Positions 51,729 to 64,000 of a DNA stretch of 64,000 nucleotides are shown here, piece by piece. Source of the stretch: the human T2T-CHM13v2.0 reference genome, Homo sapiens; assembly GCF_009914755.1 (NCBI RefSeq), contig NC_060939.1. One strand, written 5' to 3'. The position numbers and the translations under genes are program-made. Numbering within the stretch: the stretch's first letter is position 1; each line of letters starts with the position of its first letter. Under the pieces are notes generated by a model, which saw only the letters and a program-made list of their open reading frames with translations, was not told where the DNA came from and did no database searches.

Positions 51729-53239
51729 CTACTTGTGCTCTGTTTGGCGGATGAGAGAAGAAAAAAGTGGTGGTGAGGGGAGAAAATGCTGTGGACGAAG
51801 ATACTGGCCCCAACACCTTCATGCTTCATTAGAGGCACTCCGGGGGTTTAAAGGGACTTCAGCACTCCATTTCCAGACACACCCATGCTAAGCTTTTACT
51901 TAGTACTTTCATAAATCTTTTATGACTGTCCTCAAATAGTGCACCATGCCTCAACACCTTTACATAGCACCTAGCAAAGTGCTTTGCACACAGCAGATGA
52001 GGGGGTCCCCACATTTTTGAGGGGAGGAGTAAATTGTTTTCCACTTTGTCTCCTGATGAGTGGAGAGGTACTGATAGTCTATAGTCCATGGTTGGTACAT
52101 GTGTGGTGGGGTGATGTGGCAGCAGGGAAAGGAAAGATAGTTCACAATTAGAAGCCTCTGAACTGTGTCCTCCCCACCCCCAACTCACCTGGCCAGCATC
52201 TCATGTGCCAAGCTTCAAGGAACACCACACTCTCTCCACTTTCTGCCATGGGAAATTGTGATGATGCACGTGGAGAGAGATATCATGGCAACTTCTAGCC
52301 CGTACTTTACTGAGGTCGATTTTATGAACCAATCATTTTCCTGATCAGCTCCTCAAGGACTTCTACAAATTGTTAAGTATTTAATGTCCCATTGAAAATG
52401 GGTTTTATATCATTGGAAGATTTCAAGCTTGTCACTCTGTATTGGTCTACTATTATTCCTGCTCCTATCTACCGTGAACCATAGCATTAGTGGTATTTAG
52501 TAGTTGCTGTTTACTGTCTGCTGGGTGGCTGTATCCACACTCACCGCCATTGAGGAACCTAGAAACCTGTAGATTCTTGACACTAAGTACACATGCTTCC
52601 AGCTAACAAACATGTATATGTATTTCTCTAGTTTGTAGGTTGATGGCTATCATTGGTAAGGGATACTATGTGCAGGAGGTTTGGGGAGAACAGTTATAAT
52701 AATTATAATCAGAGACATAGACTTTTTTAAAGGTTGTATAAGATTTCCAAAGATTTTTAGACCAGTGCAAGGTATTTGCTAGATCTCTCAACTATGAGAG
52801 TTAGAAAAGACAAATGAAAAGGTAATAAATGTAGGGGCATATGTAACTGTTAAATTATAATCCTATTACTCAGGCTTTGGGATTTTTCAGAAAACTGATA
52901 TTCTGTAAGTTTACATTTTTTGTTAAAATAAAGACATGACTAAAAGGTTGGTAATTGCCCTATATTTGTTTTAAAAAATACTGTCTACCAATAAATACTC
53001 ATTTTTAAATACTCACAAGATAAAGCAGCTATCTTTTGTAGCATTTTTAGTGTTAACATAAGAACTGTGAACAAAGACTGAGTATTTTGATATGTTTTCA
53101 TTTTTCTGAGATAATAATGTATGCCTATATATTTGGGGGGTTAGTAAGCATGAGTTATCACAAGTACCAACAAAAATTAATCCTTTTTGATTATGTATGT
53201 TTAAAAAATTAGAGGATTTTTTTTTTTTTTTTTTTTTGA

Positions 53240-53404
<165 letters not shown>

Positions 53405-53506
53405 TAGAGACGGGGTTTTTCACCGTGTTAGCCAGGATGGTGTCGATCTCCTGACCTCATGATCCACCCGCCTGGGCCTCCCAAAGAGCTGGGACTACAG
53501 GCATAA

Positions 53507-53746
<240 letters not shown>

Positions 53747-54460
53747 TGACCTCAGGTAATCCACCCGCCTCGGCCTCCCAAAGTACAGGCATGAGCCACC
53801 GTGCCCAGCTGGAGATCTGAATTTTAAAGCTCAATTCTTAAAAGTTTTCCTTTAGGTTTGATGTCGACAGAGTAATCATATTGCCGTTTATAACAACCAA
53901 ATCCCATTTATCACTGAATGGCAACTAACATGGAATGGTACCCTGGGTCCTCGCTTTTAGTTCAAAGCCCTTGTTCTGGTGAAGAAAGTGTTGATTTCTT
54001 CAAAGTCTTCACAGAAGCTCCTTTTCAGCCTTTGAGAATGCAGGGACTCCTTTTCTGAGTCCCATAGAAATTGTTCTGCTTTATCACCTTAAACATAGGA
54101 GGGAGGAGTTGCTCTCTCTTCTTCCTCCTCTACTTGAGGAATCTTACTTAGCTCAAGGGTGTTCTGACTGAAATCTTGCTGTGTGTTTTTTTAGGGCTGC
54201 CCTGTTTTCTAATAGGGTGGAGGGAAGCAGAGGAAGAACAGGGAGGAAGGGAGGTGAGACCTGGAGGAATGGTACCACACCATTCCTCCCCGCTGACATT
54301 CCCTCTCCTTACCCTGCGCTCTTTCCTTTCCCAGCACAGCATTCCTGCATGTATTTATTTGTGATCTACCTATTTCCTCTCCCTCCCACTACAGGACTTT
54401 TTCTGGCTTGCAGCAAACACAAGAGTTTCTGGACCAGAGTGAACTCTGAATATCTGTTAA

Positions 54461-54753
<293 letters not shown>

Positions 54754-55155
54754 TGACCTCAGGTGATCTACCCACCTCAGCCTCCCTAAGTGCTGGGATT
54801 ACTGGTGTAAGCCACCGCGCCCAGCCTAATACATTTTTTCTTTTAGAAATAATCATTTCCCGGCCAGGCGTGGTGGCTCATGCCTGTAAATCCCAGTACT
54901 TTGGGAGGCCACGGAGGGCGGATCACGAGGTCAGGAGATCGAGACCATCCTGGCTAACACAGTGAAACCCCATCTGTACTAAAAATACAAAAAAAAAAAA
55001 AAAATCAGCCGGGTGTGGTGGCGGGTGCCTATAGTCCCAGCTACTTGGGAGGCTGAGGCAGGAGAAGGGCGTGAAACCCGGGAGGCAGAGTTTTCAGTGA
55101 GCCGAGATCACACCACCGCACTCCAGCCTGGGTGACAGAGTGAGATTCCATCTCA

Positions 55156-55332
<177 letters not shown>

Positions 55333-55489
55333 CTACAGAGCAAGACTCCCTCTCAAAAAAAATAAATAAATAAAAGGCCAGGCACGGTGGCTCACGGCTG
55401 TAATCCCAGCACTTTGGGAAGCCGAGGCGGGGGGGATCACAAGGTCAGGAGATCGAGACCATCCTGGCTAACACGGTGAAACCCGTCTA

Positions 55490-56088
<599 letters not shown>

Positions 56089-58062
56089 TGTCCACTGAGG
56101 CTCTCTGCTGGATGCTGAGAAAATCAAGATGAATTGCATGGCCCTGGCCCTTTTTTTTTTTTTTTTTTTTTTTTTGCGACAGTGTCTCACTCTGTCGCCA
56201 GGCTGGAGTGCAGTGGCACGATCTCGACTCACTGCAACCTCCAAAAAGTCATGATGAAACTGGGAAGTTCAAGCAATTCTCCTGCCTCAGCCTCCTGAGT
56301 AGCTGGGACTAAAGGCGTGCGCCACCACACCCAGCTAATTTTTGTATTTGTAGTAGAGATGGGGTTTCATCCTGTTGGCCAGGATGGTCTTGATCTCCTG
56401 ACCTCAAGTGATTTACTCGCCTCAGTCACCCAAAGTGCTGGGATTACAGGTGTGAGCCACCGCACCCGGCCGCGCACCAGCCCTCTTAAAGCTCACATCC
56501 TAACTGTGGAGATAAACCAATGTTGATGAGGCCCTGTAATGCATGCTGCAGCAGCTGTATGTACACAGTACAGCGGGGACTTGGTTGGGTAGGAATGCAT
56601 CTAGGTGGTGGTGAGGACAATTCAAGACAGGATGTAACTGTAAATATTAATGTAAATGTTACTAAAGTAACACATGTGTATGGAGCAAAAAGTAATGATG
56701 AAACTGGGAAGTTCTGTACACTTCCTTGCCTCCTGGCCAGAGGCCTCCATCTCCCTGCTGCAGCCTGGGCTGGTTACTTTACTGACCTGTAGTAGCTGTT
56801 TTCCTGGGACTACCCTTTCCAGGTCTCTAGAATTGCAGCCATGTTACCTGGATTCCATGTCTACTTCTTTCTTGCGTATTTCTGTATTTTGCTAAAGCAT
56901 ATCCTTGCGGTATGTCTCAAGAAATGGTGCCCGGGATGTATCATTTGAGTAATTATATATCTAAAAATGTTTTTGTTCCACTCTCATGCTTGATTGATAG
57001 TATAGCAAGACATAGAATTCTAAATTGAAAGTCATCATCCTTCAAAATGTTAAAAGGCATCCACTGTCATCTGGCATCAGTTTGCATTGAGGAGTCCAAT
57101 ATACTGTTCTGACACCTAATTCTTTGAATGTGGCTTGTTTTTTCTCTCTGATTGTTTTTAGGATTATCCCTTCAGTCAAGGTGTTCCAAAAATTCACCAT
57201 CACATGTTTGGATATGGGTTATTTTTCATTCATTGTTCCACAAACATGGGCTCATTCTGAGTGATTTTTTTTTTTAAGAGACAGGTCTTGCTTTGTTGCC
57301 CTGGCTGAAGTGCAGTGGCACAATCATAGCTAACTGCAGCCTCAAACTCCTGGGCTCAAGCGATCTTTCTGCCTCAGTGTCCCAACTAACTGGAACTACA
57401 GATATGGGCCACCAGGTCTGGCTATCTTTTTTTTTTCATTTTTTTTTTAGAGACAGAGTCTCAGTATGTTGCCCAGCCTGGTCTCAAAATCCTGGCCTCA
57501 AGCAATCCTCCCACCTCCAAGTCTTTGGGATTACAGGTATGAGCCACCACTCCCAGCTTGAGTTACTTTACTGACTTTTATCAGTGTCTTCCATAGTTCC
57601 TTGTGAGATTGTGTACTCATGACTCTAGAAAAATTGGAGAACAAATTTTTGTATTTTGAATATTTTCAATAACTATTCAAAATAACTAATTTTGAATAGT
57701 TGTTTTCCTTAGTCCAACTTTAAATATTTATTATATGGAAGAAATTCCAAAAACAGAATTCTTTTCCACAAAATAAAACATATATCATAGATTAATGTCT
57801 TCCATTTATATAATTTTTATAATTTAGTGTTTTCAAAAACTTGATCCGATACAATATCTTACCAGCTATGTTGTAATATTTTAAAGAAGATAAATCACAA
57901 CAACTTATAAATGAATAAAAACTTACAGCCTGGGCACGGTGGCTCACGCCTGTAATCCCAGCACTTTGGGAGGCCGAGGCAGGCAGATCACGAGGTCAGG
58001 AGATCGAGACCATCCTGGCTAACACGGTGAAACCCCATCTCTACTAAAAATACAAAAAATTA

Positions 58063-58356
<294 letters not shown>

Positions 58357-58747
58357 TCAAGTGATTCTCCTGCCTCGGCCTCCTGAGTAGTTGGGATTTC
58401 AGGCGCCCACCACCACACCTAGCTAATTTTTGTAATTTTAGTAGAGACGGGGTTTCACCACATTGGCCATGCTGGTCTCGAACTCCTGACCTCAGGTGAT
58501 CCACCCACTGCAGCCTCCAAAGTGCTGGGATTACAGGGGTAAGCCACTGCACCTGGCCTCTTTTTCTATTTTTGAAAAAAATAGTAGGTATATGTGTAAT
58601 TTTCTTGTATCAGGGATTTGGTTAGCATTTTCTTTGCTCTAGATAAATGAAAAGAACAGAGAAGAAAGGGCTGTGTGGTGAAGAATGTAGAAAGTAAAAT
58701 GGGTAATTTGGGGGTGGAAGTCGAAAATCCAGAGAGAAAGAAAAATG

Positions 58748-58771
58748 CACACACACACACACACACACACA
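58748..58771. repeat. (CA)n microsatellite
   Basis: Directly visible. Confidence 0.9.
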
Positions 58772-59691
58772 GAACTAGTAATGCGTGAGAGGAACCAGGC
58801 TAATGTCTTAGAAGACGCAGACATCGAAACAAAATGTTGTACTTTATGTACTGAAGCGACAACAAGGTTTAGCTTCATGAATTTGTAGAGTCCAGCTTGT
58901 CTGAGAGCGGAATAAGCAATAAGTCCTCCACTTTTGCTGCCTGAACATGGGGAGAGATTCTGTGACAATTTTTTTTCTTCAGTCTTTGGTTTCACCACTA
59001 AATATCATTTGGGTTCCCATCCAGTCTGAGAACAGAAATATGTCACTTGCCTTGGTTTTAGGTTTAAAACTAGATTTCACAGTTTCTAAGTTATGTGAAT
59101 GCTACCAAAAGTAAAACAAAAATTCAAATTTTTATTAAGCCCATAACCCATTCAGTTATTTTTGCTTAATGTTTTTTTCTTTTTCAGCCCAACGAAAATC
59201 CAAGTCTTAGACTACATTGGCAAAAAATCTTAAAATAATTAATGCTCAGGTGGCTGGGGGTGGTGGCTCATGCCTGTAATCCCAGCAGTTTGGGAGGCCG
59301 AGGCAGGCAGATCACCTGAGGTTGGGAGTTCAAGACCAGCCTGACCAATATGGAGAAACCCTGTCTCTACTAAAAATACAAAAATTAGCCGGGCTGTGGT
59401 GGCGCACGCCTGTAACCTCAGTTACTCAGGAGGCTGAGGCAGGACAATCACTTGAACCTGGGAGGCGTACATTGCAGTGAGCCAAGATCATGCCACTGTA
59501 CTTCAGCCTGGGTGACAGAGGGAGACCCTGTCTCAAAAAATAATAATAATAATAATTTAAAAAAGAATAATGCTCAGAAGAGTTAAAAAGAATAGTTAAA
59601 ATGAAAAAGTTAACGTTAAAAAAATTTAAAGAATACTTAAAATGATTTTAGCTATTCATTTGATTAGGAACTAATTATATACAGTACTTGA

Positions 59692-59877
<186 letters not shown>

Positions 59878-59961
59878 TAGTAGAGACATGAGCCACCTTG
59901 CCCGGCCCCAGATTTCCATTTTGAAAGTCACTGTAGCCATTAAAAGCTAATGTCAGGGCTA

Positions 59962-60552
<591 letters not shown>

Positions 60553-60739
60553 CTAATCTCAGGTGTGACCACTTGGGTTCAAATCCTATTTTATGTCATT
60601 TACTTAGTTTTATGATCTTAGGCAAGTTGCTTAATCACCTGAATTTCTGTTTCCCCACCTATAATATGTGGATAGTGGCCAGGCACAGTGGTTCACGCCT
60701 GTAATCCCAGCACTTTGGGAGGCCGAGATGGGCAGATTA

Positions 60740-60946
<207 letters not shown>

Positions 60947-62133
60947 CTACTTCTCAAAAAAAAAAAAAAAAATGTGGATAGTAATAGTACCTATATAATA
61001 GAGTTGTCATAAAGATGAAATTAAATAATAGATATAAACAGCTTGGCAGAATGCCTGGCACATAATAAATACTCAACAAACGTGAACAATATTACATCTG
61101 CATAGATAATGCACAGTTGAGTTCCACATTCAATTAAGCATTTAATACTCTGTAAATGCTCAGATTTTGTTTTCAGTTAATATAATGAGGATTCTTGGCT
61201 TATAAAAGGTCAGAAAAATATCCGACGCATCCTTTCCTATATGTGAACTATCAGAATCAATGCACAGGTATCCAATTCCATGTCTGTTAATGACCAAGAA
61301 ACTTCAAATCAACCTGTGCTATCAAACAGGATTACAAACCTACTTACAGAGTGTACTTATACACATCTTTTCCAGATAGCTATGTTACGTATAATGATCA
61401 CCTTAGATTATAAGAATTTACTAGTTTAAAATAATTTTTTAGATATTTGAAGCAACTATGACCAGATATAAAGGTGCTTAGTATAGGAAGGTGCTGAGAA
61501 ATTTATGAAATGAATTTATCAAGTTTTGTTTCTGCATGCTGTTTTGTTAGGCCCATGTATTACTTACCATAAATAATGATAGCTGCTGAAATTCTGTGGT
61601 TTAACACAATAAAAGTATATTTCATGCTTGTGCTGTATCCAGTGTAAATATGTGTGATTGGTAGATGAAGAGCCACATGGTCATTCAGGGACCCAGAGAG
61701 TAGAGGACCATGAAGGAAGTTTTTATAGGCCAGTTCTGGAAGTGCAGTGCATTATTTCAACCCATCTTCTATTGGCCAGAACACAACCACATGACCAACT
61801 CTTACAGCCTGGAAGCTGGGAAATGTAGTTAGATAAGTTCCAGGAATAAAAGAAATGGGCCAGGCATGGTAGCTCGCGCCTGTAATCCGAGCACTTTGGA
61901 AGGCCAAGGTGAGCGCATCACTTGAGGCGAGGAGTTCGAGACCAGCCTAGCCAATGTGGCAGAACCCTATCTCTACTAAAAATGCAAAATTAGCCGGGTG
62001 TGTTGGCACATGCATATAATCCCAGCTACTCAGGAGACTGAGGCAGGAGAATTGCTTGAACCCGGGAGTCAGAGGTTGCAGTGAGCCGAGATCGCACCAT
62101 TGCATTCCAGCATGTGTAACAAGAGCGAAACTA

Positions 62134-62404
<271 letters not shown>

Positions 62405-62679
62405 TTAGAAGCTGTCAGAGAGCTGACAGGTCTTCAAGGTCCAGTTAGAGAAAAAGTTTTGGTATCCATGGCAAAGTGACACAGGAATAATGGTTTTTGG
62501 AAGCAGTATGCTCACCAGCTGAGTGACATTGCTAAGTTCCTTGATCTTTCTGAAGCTGAGTTGTCTTGCTCAGTAAAATAGGAATAGTATATAATAACAT
62601 CTCTCTCTTAGGGGTGTAAGTATTATAATGTATATAAAGTCCCTAGAACATAATAAACACTTAACAAATGTTAATACAC

Positions 62680-63012
62680 TGGACAAAGGGATGATTTATG
62701 TCCTGCTGGGGACAGAGTGGGATGGCACAAGATTTCTTTTTTTGTGTGTGATGGAGTCTTGCTCTTTCGCCCAGGCTGCAGTGCAGTGGAGCAATCTCGG
62801 CTCACTGCAACATCCGCCTCCCGGTTTCAAGTGATTCTTACCATGTTGGCCAGGCTGGTCTTGACCTCCTGACCTCAGGTGATCCCCCTGCCTCTGCCTC
62901 CCAAAGTGCTGGGATTATAGGCGTGAGCCACTGTGCCCAGCTGGCACAAGATTTCATCATGCTATTCAGAATGGTACACAATTTAAAACTAATAAATTAT
63001 TTCTGGAATTTT
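62680..63012. mobile_element. Tigger4/MER46-like fragment interrupted by an internally deleted Alu (TSD ggcacaagatttc)
   Basis: ggacaaagggatgatt...gatggcacaagatttc[Alu]ggcacaagatttcatcatgctattcagaatgg. Confidence 0.6.
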
Positions 63013-63305
63013 TTATTTTTCTTTTTTGAGACAGTCTCACTCTGTCGCCCAGGATGGAGTGTAGTGGCAGGATCTCGCTGACTGCAATCTCTGCCTCCCA
63101 GGTTCGAGTGATTCTTCTGTCTCAGCCTCCCGAGTAGCTGGGCTTACATGTGCCACCACCTCACCCAGCTAATTTTCATATTTTTGGTAGTGACGGGGTT
63201 TCACCTTGTTGGCCAGGCTGGTCTCCAACTCCTGACCTCAAGTGATCCACCTGCCTCGGCCTCCCAAAGTGCTGGGATTACAGGCTTCTGCCACCGCACC
63301 CGGCC

Positions 63306-64000
63306 AGTTTCCAGCTTCTAGAAGCTGCCCACATTCTTGTGTCACGTCCCTTTTTCCATCTTCAAGGCCAGCAGTGGCTGCTCAGGTTTTCATATCGCTT
63401 TACTCTGACCGCCTCTTCTGCTTCCTTCTGTCGCATTTAAAAGGACACTTGTGATTACACTGGGCCCACCTGGATGATCCAGGATAATCTCCCTATTTTA
63501 AGGTCTGCTGATTAGCAACCTTCATTCCACCTATTAGCTTGATTCCCCTTGCCATGCAATGTAACACCAGTTCTGGGGATTACAACATGGATATCTTGGG
63601 GAGGGGGTGCCATTCTGCCTGTCACAGTAGGTTAGAATTTCAGGAGCATCTTAACTCAGGGTTTCTCATGAGGGGGCAGTCAAGATGTCAGCTGCGTCTT
63701 CAGCCATTTGGAGGCCTGACTGGGCCTGGAGGGTGCCTTTCCTAGGGGACTTATCAAGTTGTGCTGGTTGTTGATGGAATGCATCAGTTTCTCCCCATAT
63801 GAGGCTCTCTTCTGCTGCTTGCGTGTCCTCAAGGCATGGCTATTGGCTTCCCCCAGCACAAGTGATCCAAGAGAGCAAAGCAGCAGCAGCAATTTGGTCT
63901 TTTCTAATCTAGCCTCAAAAGTCACACACATTTCCACTACACTCTGTAGGTCAAAGACTAAATCATACAATGCGGGAGGGGACCATCCAAAGTGTGAATA
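63306..64000 (-). mobile_element. MLT1-family LTR remnants (two adjacent pieces)
   Basis: ttccagcttctagaagctgcccacattc...gattacactgggcccacctggat; ctttctaatctagcctcaaaagtcacac. Confidence 0.6.

Overview
Primate (almost certainly human) genomic DNA containing the 5' end of PRTG (protogenin; DCC/neogenin-related Ig/FnIII receptor) on the minus strand. It includes a CpG-island promoter (~39.5-40.7 kb), coding exon 1 (signal peptide, 40022-40115), coding exon 2 (first Ig domain, 37566-37868), 37.5 kb of intron 2 running off the left edge, and ~23 kb of Alu-dense upstream DNA. Most ORFs in the track are Alu/L1/GC-island artefacts. The best non-obvious observations are: (1) a 6-codon uORF whose stop codon directly abuts the PRTG start codon (TGA-ATG); (2) an L1-retrotransposed, internally deleted HERV-H RNA copy (R-U5-PBS...U3-R-polyA with a long TSD and an extra 5' G); (3) an Alu-RPL19 chimeric retrocopy bounded by a single TSD; (4) an inverted L1 ORF2 piece matching the part missing from the same L1 ~2.5 kb away; (5) several short locally templated insertions; (6) candidate intronic terminal exons that would give a secreted single-Ig PRTG. 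I found no evidence for a wholly new gene system. Repeat family names are from recalled consensus sequences, and repeat boundaries are approximate unless a TSD is given.
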